From Mobula hypostoma (taxonomy: Eukaryota), in the NCBI RefSeq assembly GCF_963921235.1, contig NC_086108.1, positions 11,842,001 through 11,906,000 on the forward strand: DNA of 64,000 nucleotides, given 5' to 3'. A program made the translations under genes and the position numbers. Below the pieces are notes generated by a model. It did no database searches and was not told the origin of the DNA. It saw nothing but the letters and a program-made list of their open reading frames with translations. Shown one piece after another: positions 35,691-48,427 of this stretch. Position 1 is the stretch's first letter; the number at the start of each line of letters is the position of its first letter.

Positions 35691-36774
35691 TTACTCTGTT
35701 ACTCTGCCAGAGTAACATGCACAAAAGGGTCTTGGCTGTTTATTTCTCTCCATATGATGCTCCTGACCTGCTGAGTTCCTCCAGCACTTTCTAAGTTTTA
35801 CACTGCATTACTACCCATTAAGGCAACCAACTCCCTCCTTCTCGCCCACAAGGATCTTTTTCAAGAGGACCATGGACAGAGAAGAACACCTCCTTCACCA
35901 ATAGCCGTGATTCAATACTGAAACATCCCTCAAAGAAAATCTTCCATTCCAACTCAAAAAAAATGGACAGGATCATTTTCCATTTTACTCAGAGTTATGA
36001 AACCTGATCCTTTCCTTCCTGGTTCATAGTCATGGTTGGAAGACTCAAAATTCCAATCTCGAATCCAGGATCAAATCTGGAGTTTTTGTCCAGGTTTCTG
36101 GACCTCGATTCTCCTGTTCACCAAATCTGCATGAACAACAGCTTTCGAAATGCAGCCACTAACACCATCGGGACAGAAGTTGGTTGAACTATTGTGTTCT
36201 TCCAGCAGCTTGTTTGTCACTCACACCATCTGCCCTGTACTGATCTAAGGCACTGGGATCTCAGCCCAGAGTATTCCATGTGATGAACCCACTCACTGGT
36301 ACAATACTAAATCAGGCAGCCAGACAGTTTAGCTCAGACCCATTGCATCAGCAGCCAGACACATTATTTTTATCTGAAATTATGTAATTTACTGGTGTTC
36401 AGAACTTGTTTACTGGACCCCAATCCTTGTAAATCCTTCATCTGAAAAAATGAGTAAGAACATATCCCATTGCTTATATTGGCAGTCTGACAGAGAAAGT
36501 AACACAGACGAAATTCCTCCTCCACTCCCGTCTTCCCCTGCCTCAGGGTACTGGGCAAGCCTTCACATTGCAACTCCCTCATGAAGTAATTCTGGAGATC
36601 ACCTGAATGCACATAAGGTCCTTGATAATAACGACTCACTCTGACACTTGCTCCACAGGAGCGGTCATGAAGGGAGGTTCAAACCCGGCTGCAGCTGGGT
36701 AGCCAGTAACAAGCATCATTTTTGATATTGACTAACCTGATGAGAACCTGGGAATGAATATAATTCTGCAGAAT

Positions 36775-36955
36775 TCTGAGGAATGGGTCGCTTTGTGGTG
36801 AACCTGAGGATGGGTGGTTTTGTGTTGAACCAGAAGAAAGATCTTTTTGTGAGGAACCTGAGGATGGATCGTTTTTTGAAGAACCTGAGGATGGGTCATT
36901 TTGTGGTGAAGCTGAGGATGGGTTGTTTTGTCATGAACCTGAGGTCATATAGATT
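36775..36955 (+). repeat. 27-bp minisatellite (about 6-7 copies of GAACCTGAGGATGGGTCGTTTTGTGNN)
   Basis: 9-codon periodicity; reads EPEDGSFCx in one frame. Confidence 0.8.
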
Positions 36956-37639
36956 TCTGAGGAGCTGATGTTGGATATATTTGTGGGGTAGCTTGATGAT
37001 GGAGAGCTTTTGACATGACAGTGAGCTAACTATGCATGCCCACTTCATATACACTAGGGTTAAGCGTGTCAACGATAACATCAATAATTCTCATTTCTGT
37101 TGCCTGTTGTGCCATCAAACACTCCCAAGACAGGAACAATGTGCTTTTGATATAAATCCCGTATCTCCAAAGTCCCTAGTGAAACATAGAAGTGTATTGC
37201 ATAGAATGTGCTATTGTGATAGAGATATAAGTTTGTTCAGCACAAGAACAGGCTCTTGACCCCAAGATGTCCATGGAAGTCTTTTTGCTAATTTACACCA
37301 TTACTGTTTGCCATATCCTTCGATAACTTGCCTAGTTAAGTCCATGTCTAAATATCTCCTGAATTTAATGATTATATCTGGTTCAACCGCCTCCTATGAG
37401 AGTGAGTTCTAGATATCAGCCACTCTCTGCATAATAAATTTTCCCCTCAGATTTAAGGTGAGTGAAAAGATCTTAAAAAGGGATTTCAGGATTTTTTTGT
37501 TTTAAACCAAGAGATGATGATATCTTGAACTCACTACCAGAAGAAATATTGGCACTGGATCTTTTTTTTTATCAAAAAGAAAAGGGCCTTGGTTTATGCC
37601 ACCTGGTCTGAAATACCCTTATTCTGATGATCTACCCTA

Positions 37640-37880
37640 TGTATGCCTACAGAGTTTGTATGTTCTTCCCATCAGGGCTTGTGTCTCCTCTGAGTGCTCC
37701 AGTTTCCTCCCACAGTCCAAAGACATATCTCTTGGTAGATTAATTGTTCATTGTAAATTGTTCCATGATCAGGCCAGGGGCCAGGGTTAAATCGGGGGCC
37801 GGGGGAGTGGGGATGGTTACTGGGCAGTGCAGCTCGTAGGGTCAGAAGATTCCACTCTGCAGTGTGTCTCAGTAAATAAA
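37640..37880 (+). mobile_element. V-SINE-like fragment followed by (AAAC)n/(GA)n/(GATA)n microsatellites
   Basis: GAGTTTGTATGTTCTTCCC..GTGCTCCAGTTTCCTCCCACAGTCCAAAGAC V-domain-like core. Confidence 0.6.
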
Positions 37881-37999
37881 CAAACATACAAACAAACAAA
37901 CAAAGAGAGAGAGAGCTGGAGAGATAGACAGATAAAGAAATAGATAGATAGATAATAAATAAATAAATAGAAATGAACTAATTAATGAATGTGTACTGA

Positions 38000-38918
38000 T
38001 ATAATGCCCTGGTTAAGAACATGATTTACTGTATTCCCACTGCTACACTGTGAGGTATTTTATTTTAGCAGCTTTTCTGATAAAAAGCGTGTCTGTTAGT
38101 AAGCTTCATAGGCTTGTGCTTTGACTTCAGCTGAGATAAGGAGCGATCTTGTCCAATTTAGGAATGTTGTGTCAGCCAATTGGGTTTGTTTTGGTAAAAT
38201 GTTGTAACTCTTTGCCCAGTGGGATGCTGTGGAAGATTAGAGAGAGCTGGGCAGGATCAGAATTCTGAAGAACAGTAGTCTGGTTTGGGGTCTTTCAGGG
38301 AGGAGCTGCAGAGCAGAGCACAAGGGAAGATGTTCGCAGAAAACCGCTCGAAGGAGAGACCACATTGTAAGAAGTGTTTTGTGCAGACAATTTGCTCCAA
38401 GGAGGAAGTGCTAATATTCTTGAGTTAGCCAGTTCATTCAAAATGGTCTTCCAAGGAAGTTTGAACTGTGGCTGGTGTCTTTCATACAGATCGTGGGTTC
38501 AGTGCTGTGAGTAAAGTGATACATCTGACTACTCCAGCAACGAGCTCCAATGTTTATGTGTACATTGGACTGGTTTAACTGTAATGGACCCTTTTAATTT
38601 GCTTTTATTTATTCTGTTACTGTTAGTTAAAGTTGAAATATTGATCAATACATTTCCTTCATTATTTTATTTTGGTCTATGATCTGTTATTTCCTGGCAA
38701 AAGACAACTTTGCACGGGACAGTATTTACACAGCATTCCCCTCGAATCTCGTTCCCTAACCAGAACAGTCCAACTTTGTGTTTGGCTGAACCTAAATCAT
38801 ACCAACCCTAGACAAGTGTAGCTTATCGAAAGTGGCCTTCACACCACTGAGTCACATGGCTGTTAGCAGAGTTAGTGAATAAGCCAAGTTTTTTACAAGC
38901 CATGGTGAGAGGGTTACA
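38000..38918. mobile_element. Probable solo LTR
   Basis: TATAATGCCC...GGGTTACA imperfect inverted termini, non-coding, embedded in a microsatellite; no clear TSD. Confidence 0.45.
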
Positions 38919-39009
38919 TAAATAAGTAAATATATAGACAGACAGACAACAGAGACAGAGACAGATATATACATAGTTAAATAAATAATCAATCAACCAA
39001 CCATATACA

Positions 39010-39530
39010 TATATACTTCTATCAAGTTACCCCTCATCCTCCTTTGCCCCTGCAGAAAGCAGAGCCAGCATATTCAATGGCTCCCAAATACTAAAGACCT
39101 TGTGGACACCCTCTGCACTCTCTCCAATGGAATGGCATCCTTCATAGTGCACCCCATACTCCAACTGTGATCTGATCAGTATTTTATAAAACTGCAGTCT
39201 TCCAGTTGTATATTCTTTGTCCTGTAATATGAAGGACAAAGAATACAACATGCCTTCTTCGCCAGCCAAGCCACCTGTTTTGCTATTTTCAGGAATGTAT
39301 GGGCATGAACCCTAAGGCCTGGAAAGGGAAAACAACAGACTGCATTGGAACAGTAACTTCCAGTGGCACCAGTACGATGGCGACTCGTGTGAGCAGCTCT
39401 GCTGCCGCATAACAAATTTCATGACATATGCCAATAATATTAAACCAGATTCCGATTCTAATTCTGACAACCTTCCCCCACTAGCCACAACACTCCCAAT
39501 TTTAATGTCGTCTGCAGATTGACTAATCAC
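39010..39530 (-). mobile_element. Old CR1 fragments with a plus-strand LINE tail (about 39325-39468) nested
   Basis: ADDIKIG, YKILIRSQLEY; insert ends with a GATTCT-like repeat tail. Confidence 0.55.
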
Positions 39531-39816
39531 ATCTCTTACGAGTTGCAAGCAACACGGTGTAATGAACTCTTCGGGCCTGGAGAGTATTGGGCTCTGTGGT
39601 TTTTAGAGCACCTGCATTGGTTAATTGTTGTTCAATGGCAATCTTTAATTATTTCAAGTTCCCTATATTTTTCTCGAGCAATCCGCTTTTTGAAATGTAG
39701 TCTCCCGGTGTCTTAGGTCTAAGCTTGTTAAGTTTATTTTGATAGGCTCTGAGATTTGATGTTACTTGTATTATTTAAGTGGATACCCAATTAGCGCTAA
39801 TTACAGGGTCCTAGTT

Positions 39817-41565
39817 AGAAACATAGAAACATAGAAAACCTACAGCACAATACAGGCCCTTCGGCCCACAAAGTTGTGCCGAACACGTCCCTACCTTAGA
39901 AATTACTAGGCTTACCCATAGCTCTCTATTTTTCCAAGCTCCATGTACCTATCCAAAAGTCTCTTAAAAGACCCTATTGTATCCGCCTCCACCACCATTG
40001 CCGGCAGCCTATTCCACGCACTCACCACTCTCTGAGTAAAAAAATTACCCCTGACATCTTCTCTGTACCTACTCCCCAGCACCTTAAACCTGTGTCCTCT
40101 TGTGGCAAACATTTCAGCCCTGGGAAAAAGCTTCTGACTATCCACACGATCAATGCCTCTCATCATCTTATACACCTCTATCAGGTCACCTCTCATCCTC
40201 CGTCGCTCCAAGGAGAAAAGGCCGAGTTCACTCAACCTATTCTCATAAGGCATGCTCCCCAATCCAGGCAACATCTTTGTAAATCTCCTCTGCACCCTTT
40301 CTATGGTTTCCACGTCCTTCCTGTAGTGAGGCGACCAGAACTGAGCACAGTACTCCAAGTGGGGGCTGACCAGGCTCCTATATAGCTGCAACATTACCTC
40401 TCAGCTGCTGACAATACACGACTGATGAAGGGCAATACACCGTATGCCTTCTTAACCATAGAGTCAATCTGCGCAGCTGCTTTGAGTGTCCTATGGACTC
40501 GGACCCCAAGATCCCTCTGATCCTCCACACTGTCAAGAGTCTTACCATTCTGCCATCATATATATTCTGCCATCATCTATATTCTGCCATCATATTTGAC
40601 CTACCAAAATGAACCACTTCACACTTATCTGGGTTGAACTCCATCTGTCACTTCTCAGCCCAGTTTTGCATCCTATCAATGTCCCGCTGTAACCTCTGAC
40701 AGCCCTCTACACTATCCGCAACACCTCCAACCTTTGTTTCATCAGCATACTTACTAACCTATCCCTCCACTTCCTCATCCAGGTCATTTCTAAAAATCAC
40801 GAAGAGTAAGGGTCCCAGAACAGATCCCTGAGGCACTCCACTGGTCCCCGATCTCCATGTAGAATATGACCTGTCTACAACCACTCTTTGCCTTCTGTGG
40901 GCAAGCCAGTTCTGAATCCACAAAGCAATGTCCCTTTGGATCCCATCCTTCCTTACTTTCTCAAATGCCTTGTATGGGGTACCTTATCAAATGCCTTGCT
41001 GAAATCCATATACACTACATCTACTGCTCTTCCTTCATCAATGTGTTTAGTCACATCCTCAAAAAATTCGATCAGGCTCGTAAGGCATGACATGCCCCTG
41101 ACAAAGCCATGCTGACTATTCCTAATCATATTATACCTCTCCAAATGTTCATAAATACTGCCTCTCAAGATGCTCTCCATCAACTTACCAACCACTGAGG
41201 TAAAACCCTCTGGTCTATAATTTCCTGGGCTATCATTACTCCCTTTCTTGAATAAAAGAACAACATCCTCACCCTCCAATCCTCTGGAACCTCTCCCGTC
41301 CCCATTGATGATGCAAAGATCATCGCCAGAGGCTCAGCAATCTCCTCCCTCGCCTCCCACAGTAGCCTGGGGTACATTTCATCCAGTCCTGGCGACTTAT
41401 CCAACTTGATGCTTTCCAAAAGCTCCAGCACATCCTCTTTCTTAATATCTGCATGCACAATCTTTCCAGTCTGCTGCAAGTCATCACTACAATCAACAAG
41501 ATCTTTTTCCATAGTGAATACTGAAGTAAAGTATTCATTAAGTACCTCTGCTATTTCTTGCGGTG
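39817..41565 (-). mobile_element. 5'-truncated CR1 LINE
   Basis: [44 protein letters not shown]; (TTTCTATG)n tail. Confidence 0.92.
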
Positions 41566-42029
41566 CCACTCGGCCAAGCTACCGATGCTGTTTTAGATTT
41601 ATCATGAATAAACTCTCATTGCCATCTCTATATCAGTCTGTCTTTCCTCTGCACTTGGGACCTGTTATTGCCAGTGCACATTGTGATGCACAGGGCCTGG
41701 TCAGTTCTGACTTCTAATCAGAAAAACAGCCTTTAACCTACAGCCAGTGTTGGATCCTGTTAGCCAGCTCTGCTTGAGATCATTTGCCTTACAGATAAAA
41801 GATTTTTTTTCCTCCTTGCTATTTAATTATTGCAATGACATTTTGAAAATTTGATTTAATCTGTCCAAATAGCCAAGGTTTCCAGGAGAATAAATAGATG
41901 TTTTGCAGAGAGATTTATATTGTACTGTCTCCTTTAATCCCAATTTCAAGTTAAAACGTTGGCAAACTTCAATAGGTGAGATCTAGAACTTTGACAAACT
42001 TTGATCGATCGGTAGTGGAGAATATATCA

Positions 42030-44985
42030 TGTCACAGCACACTTCTAACCATGCCAGCTTCCAGGATTTAGACACTCTTACTCTCCAGAGTACAAATAGC
42101 AGGAGCAGCCTCCTTCAGGGTTCAGGGCAGACCCGCTAACTGGTAATCAGGTTGTGGACACCAAGAATTGAGTACTTAAGGAACACTTGAACTGAGGTTT
42201 GGTGCTCAATTGTAAGCCTACTAGTGATAATATCCGGTGTTTGTGTTTGATACCACGTCGTGAGCCTTCCTTGAGATGAGAGTCCTTGTGGAGAATGGAT
42301 TGGACCCAGTATTTGGGTCCAAACCATTGTCCTCAAAGACTCTCATTGCAATTGATCCAACATGGACCCAATGGGATTTCAGAATTTTTTGTCCGCCGCA
42401 GACAGCCACAGTGGAAGGATTTCCAGGCAAGGCTTGCAGATTCACAACCTCCAGGTAGATGTTCATCAACTTTCGCAAGGAGGAAGCCAATGTCGCTCAG
42501 GAGAGCCAGCTGGTTCTTCTCTGAAGCCGACATATCTTCTAACCCCAGAGAGATTCAACTGTGTCCCAGGTTTTTGCCACGACTTCCTCTCTCAATGCTC
42601 ATTAGTGTTTGAACTAGAGCCATACTGGTTCCCTTCAGAGTGTGGAAAAGTGGCCTTCATTATCTCTCTCCTGTCTAGAAGAAACCTGGCCTGGGCCACG
42701 GTGCATTGGGAACTGGAGTCAGGGATTTACTCGGATTCAGAGGAATTCATGGCTGCCATGTGGAAGGTGTTTCATCACCACGCCGGAGCCACCCGAGCCT
42801 CAGATTCGACAACAGGGACAGTCAGTGACCGACTGTATGATCAAATCTCGGACCCTGGCCCAGGAGGGTGGTTGGAACAGGGAGGCAGCGCTATGCACCA
42901 CAGGCTTTGAGATCAACTGAAGAATGCCTTTACGTTGGGAGCCCGGTACTTGTCTACCTGTGGGGTCAATTGAACGCACTCTCCAGCCCAGAGAGAAGCA
43001 CAATGGAAGAGTATATAAAGGAGGCTCTTTCCATAGGCTTTAATCGATCCCCTACCTCACCCGCCGGCACAGGCTTTTTCTTCATACAAACGAATGGTGG
43101 ATGTCTGCAGCCATGCATTGATTACAGGGAGTTAAACTGCATAATGACCAAGAATCACTACCCCCTTCTACTCACGAATGCAGCTTTTGAGATGCTCAAA
43201 GGGGCAAGGGAATTCACAAAACTCCAGCCATTTTCCAAGCCTTTATAAATCATGTACTCAGGATACTTTCTATAAGTATGCCTTCATCTACTTTGATGAT
43301 ATCCTAATCTTCTTAAAATCCACGGAAGTGCACTTCGCTCAAGTCAGGGACATTTTAAAATGGCTTCTGGACCATGGATTTTATGTCAAGTTGAAGAAGT
43401 CTGAGTTTCACATGCCCACTGTTTCATTTTGGGTTTCATCATGTGCAATGGCAATCTCAAGATGGACCCTACCAAGACCCAGACAGTCAGAGACTGGCCA
43501 CTACCATCCAGTATCAAACAAGTCAAAAATTCCTGGGGTTTGCAAACTTCTTCCGGATGTTTATCAGGAGCTTCAGCTCAGTGGCAGCCCAGCTGATGTC
43601 ACCAGCTGAGAAATCCACGGGCCCATTTGTCTGGATATCTGAAGCAGAGACTGCTTTTGCAGAGCTTAAACAGAGGTTCACAACAGCTCCCATCTTGGTT
43701 TCTCCTAACCCGGACCTCCTCGGAGCTGGATGTATCAAAGACTGGCGTGGGCGTTGTCTTGTCTTATCGATCCTCCAGGGGGTAAACTGCACCTGTTCAC
43801 ATTTTTCTCCAGGTGGCTGTCCCCAGCAGAGAGAAACTGCCATCCAAGGGGAAATTGGTTATTATGGTAGTTGTCGATCAGTTTTCCAAAGCCTGCAAGT
43901 TCATTGCCTTGGAGAAGCTACCATCTATGGCAGAAACAAGAGAAAATCTGCTGATGCTGGAAATCCAAGCAACACACACAAAATGCTGGAAGAATTCAGC
44001 AGGCCAGGTGGCATCAGTCAAAAAGAGTACAGTCGATGTTTTAGGCTGAGACCCTTCAGCAGGCCTCTTCAATTGTCCTGAACCTGGTCTTCAGGATCCA
44101 TGGATTCCCGGTGGGCATTGTCTTGGATCATGGTCCACAATTCACATCACATTTCTGGAGGGCATTCTGTCAGCTGTTTTGAGCAACAGCAAGTCTTTCC
44201 TCTGGGTTTCATACACAGTCCAACAGCCAGATGGAGCAGACAAACAAAGATTTAGAAGGTACCATAAGATGCCTGGCCTCAAAGTCCTGATGACCGCTGT
44301 AACCATTTGATGTGGGCAAAGGTTGTCCACAACACCTTACAGCATTCGGTGCACAGGATGTCACCATCCGAGTGCCAGTTTGGTTATCCTCCACCACTCA
44401 TTCCAGGACAAGAAGCGAAGGTTGGGGTCCCCGTGGCTGGTAATCTCATCCAATGCTGCGAGCAAAAATGGATTAAGGCAAGAGAGATTTTGCTGGCCTC
44501 TACCTGGAAAACGGAGACCAGGGCAAACCAAAGGAGAAATTAGGGACCCACTTTACAGCCTGGGCAACAGGTCTGGCTGTTCACTCATGATTTGCCTCTC
44601 AGAGTGGAATCTAAAAATTTGGTGCCCAAGTTCATTGGACCCTTTAAAATCCTGTGGAAAGTAACCTGGTGACTTACACCTTGCAGCTCCCCAAGGTTCT
44701 AAAGATCAATTCACCTTCCATATCTCTAAAATAAATCCTGTCTGCACTAACCTCTTAGCCCGACCACCATCAGCTCTGCCATCATGCAGATTTATCAAGG
44801 AGGAACAGGTCTTCACACTGAAAAGACTTTCGGAATTGCGTACTGTTCGAGGTGTTTGGCAATACCTAGTGGATTTGGACACAAGGAGAGGTGCTGGGTG
44901 CCTGGATCCAGGTCTTATCCACAATTATCATCACTGCCTCTCTGGGCAGCCAGGGCTATCAGGATTTGGCCGTAGTGGAGGAGGT
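42030..44985 (+). mobile_element. Degenerate Sushi/chromovirus-like Ty3/gypsy element (5' LTR-like start, gag, RT, RH, IN, chromodomain, PPT; no 3' LTR seen)
   Basis: TGTCAC start; gag PERF..CHDFLSQC..KVAFIISLL..LAWA; SPAGTGFFF..CIDYRELN..NHYPL; YFDDILI; FLGFANF; PKFIGPFKI; QYLVD chromo remnant; GGAGGAGG. Confidence 0.85.
43935..44065 (-). mobile_element. Penelope pLTR fragment with decayed hammerhead, inside gypsy integrase
   Basis: Reverse-complement homology to 50925-51058. Confidence 0.7.
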
Positions 44986-45721
44986 AAAACAAGAAGGGAA
45001 GGAGTTATATTTGCTCACCTTGGAATTGGCCACACTGTGCTGAATCATTCCTTATATCTTGTTAGAAAACATCACTCTAGGCTATATAGGTTTTGTCATC
45101 ATTAATGAAACAATTGAACATTTTTACAGTGTGAAGCACATAAGGTTGAAAAAAGCAAACGCAGGCTGCATTACTAGCTTTGGGGGTTGATAGTTTTCAT
45201 TTTAAAACTTTATGAAGTTATAGAAGTGACTTTAATGCACAATATTACCTTCCATTATTTACACTCTATAGGGCTTTTCATTTGATTCAAAAAAAATAGG
45301 AGGGTTTTTATTTCCGAATTCTCTGCACCACACTGCAGTTCAGTTGGTGGTGGGAATGCACCTTTAAGTTGGACTGCGAATCGCCATTAAAAGTCAGAAG
45401 AGAAAGGTTCAGTGCTCAACTGTAAGCCTTCTAGTGATACAGTATCATACAGCGTTTGTTTCTGAGCTCAAATTCTGTTTGGTACTGTGTCTCAAACCTT
45501 GCTTTGGATACACCATCATTTGTGTCCAAAACATCCTCATCAAGGACTCATATCACATATTGACTGGCTGCATCATGGCCTGGAATGGAAACACAAATGT
45601 AGTGGATTCGTTCTATTACCTCACTGGTAAAGGCCTACCAAATATCAAGTACATCTATATGAAAGCTGTAGTTGGATAGCAGCATCCATCATCAGAGGTC
45701 TTCGCCCTTCTGGCCAATGAT

Positions 45722-48427
45722 ACCATAAGATATAGGATCAAATTAGGCCATTTGGCCCACCGAGTTTGTTCCACCATTCCGTCATAGCTAATACAATTTT
45801 CCTCTCAGCCCCAATCTCCTGCCTTCACCCCCACCATATCCCTTCATGCCCTGACCTATCAAAAATCTATCAACCGCTTCCTTAAATATACCATATGACT
45901 TAGCCTCCACAGCCACATGTGGCAACAAATTCCACAGGTTCACCACTCTCTGGCTAAAGAATTCTCCACATCTCCATTCTAAAAGGACCCCCCCTCAATT
46001 TTGAGCCTGTGTCCTCAGTCTTAGATACTCCCACTGCAGGAAACATCCTCTCCACATCCACTCTATCAATGCCTTTCACCATCCAATAGCTTTCCATTAG
46101 GTCACCCCTCATTCTTCAGAATTTTGGTGGACACAGGGCCGGAGCTATCAAATGCTCTTCATATGACAAGTCATTCAATCCTGGAATCATTTTTATGAAC
46201 TTCCTTTGAACCTTCTCTAGTTTCTGCACAACCTTTCTAAGATAAGGGGCTCAAAACTGCTCACAATACTTCTAGGGAGGCCTCACCAGTGGTTTATAAA
46301 GTTTCAACATTCATCCTTCTTTTTATATTTAAGTCCTCTTGAAATGAATGCTAACATTGTATTTGCCTTCCTCACCACAGACTCAACCTGCAAATTAATC
46401 GTTAGAGACTCCTGCAGAAGGACTCCTAAGTTCCTATGCACCTCAGTCTTCTCTCCATTTAGAAAATAGTCTACCTTTTCATTTCTTCTACCAAAATGTA
46501 TGATACATTTCCCGATACAGTATTCCATCTGCGATTTCTTTGCCCATTCTCCTAATCTGTCCAAGTCTTTCTGTAGCATCTCTCCTTTCTCAAAGCTACC
46601 TGCTCCTCCACATATCATAGAAACATAGAAACATAGAAAATAGGTGCAGGAGTAGGCCATTCGGCCCTTCGAGCCTGCACTGCCATTTATTATGATCATG
46701 GCTGATCATCCAACTCAGAACCCCGCCCCAGCCTTCCCTCCATACCCTCTGACCCCTGTAGCCACAAGGGCCATATCTAACTCCCTCTTAAACATAGCCA
46801 ATGAACTGGCCTCAACAGTTTGCTGTGGCAGAGAATTCCACAGATTCACCACTCTCTGTGTGAAGAAGTTTTTCCTAATCTCGGTCCTAAAAGGCTTCCC
46901 CTCTATCCTCAAACTGTGACCCCCCATTCTGGACTTCCCCAACATCGGGAACAATCTTCCTGCATCTAGCCTGTCCAATCCCTTTAGGATCTTATACGTT
47001 TCAATCAGATCCCCCCTCAATCTTCTAAATTCCAACGAGTACAAGCCCAGTTCATCCAGTCTTTCTTCATATGAAAGTCCTGCCATCCCACCCCCCCAAC
47101 CATTCTAGTTTAAAGTCACCTCAGTAGCCCCCGCTAATCTCCCCGCCATATCATCTGCAAACCTTTCATCAAAGCCAAAAATTCTATCATCCAAATCATT
47201 GACAAATAACGTGAAAGGATTCAGTGGCAACACAGACCCCTGTAGTCACCCGCAGCCAGCCAGAAAAGGCTCCACTCTTTGTCTTCTGCCAATAAGCCAC
47301 TTCTGTATCCATGCTAGGATCTCTCCTGTAACACCATGAGCTCGTAGCTTGTTAAGCAGCCTCATCTGTGGCACCTTGTCAAAGGCCTTCTGACAATCAA
47401 CCGATTTACCTTTGTTTATCCTGCTTGTCCTTTCTTTTAAGAATACCAACAGATTTGTCAAGCAAGATTTTCCATTGAGGAAATCATACTGACTATGGCC
47501 TATTCTATCAAATACCATGAAACTACATCCTTAATAATCAACTCCAACATCTTCCCAACCACTGAGGTCAGACTAATTGGCCTATAATTTCCTTTCTTCT
47601 GCTTCTCTCTCTTCCAGAAGAGAGGAGCGACATTTGTCATTTTCCAGTCTTCTGAAACCATAGCAGAATCTAGTCATTCTGAAAAGATTATTACTAATGC
47701 CTCCACAATCTCTTCAGCCACCTCTTTCAGAAGTCTAGGGTGTAAACCATCCGGCCCAGATGACTTATCTACATTCGTACCTTTCAGTTTCCCAAGAACC
47801 TTCTTGCTAGTTATGGTAACTTTACACATTTTATGAGCCCTGACGCCTGACTCTTCCATCGTACTGCTAGTGTATTCCACAGTTTAGACTGATGCAAAAT
47901 ACTTATTCAGTTCATCTGCCGTTTCCTTGACCCCATTATTTTCCAGTGATCCAATATCTACTCTTGCCTCCCTTTTACACTTTATGTATCTGAAGAAACT
48001 GTTGGTATCCTCTTTAATATTATTGGCCATTATTATCCATCTTTACCTTCTTAATGACTTTCTTAGTTGTCTTCTGTTGGTATTTAAAAGCTTCCCAAGC
48101 CTGTACCTTCCCATAATTTTTGCTCTATTATGATCCTCTCTTTGGCTTTTATGTTGCTTTTGACTTCTCTTGTTATCCATAGTCATCTTGCCTTTAGAAA
48201 ATTTCTTCCCTTTTGGGATGTATATACTGTATCTTGTGCCTTACAAATTACTTCCAGAAATTCCAGCCATTGCTGCCCTGCCATCATCCCTGCCAGTGTT
48301 CTTTCCCAATCAATTCTGGCCAACTCCTCTCTCCTGCCTCTGGAGTTCCCTTTACTCCACTGTAATACTGATATATCTGAATTTAATCCTTCTCAAATTT
48401 CTGGGTGAATTCAATCATATTCTGATA
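45722..48427 (-). mobile_element. Degenerate CR1 LINE
   Basis: DKSSGPDGLHPR, KSCLTNL, QKAFDKVP, VRKANTMLAFI; CCATAAG tail. Confidence 0.85.
46617..47146 (-). mobile_element. Young CR1 3' end with attached ORF1-end fragment, nested in older CR1
   Basis: CATATCAT TSD on both sides; ORF 46715-47086; 47091-47146 contains the TCTAGTTTAAA motif like 54591. Confidence 0.85.
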
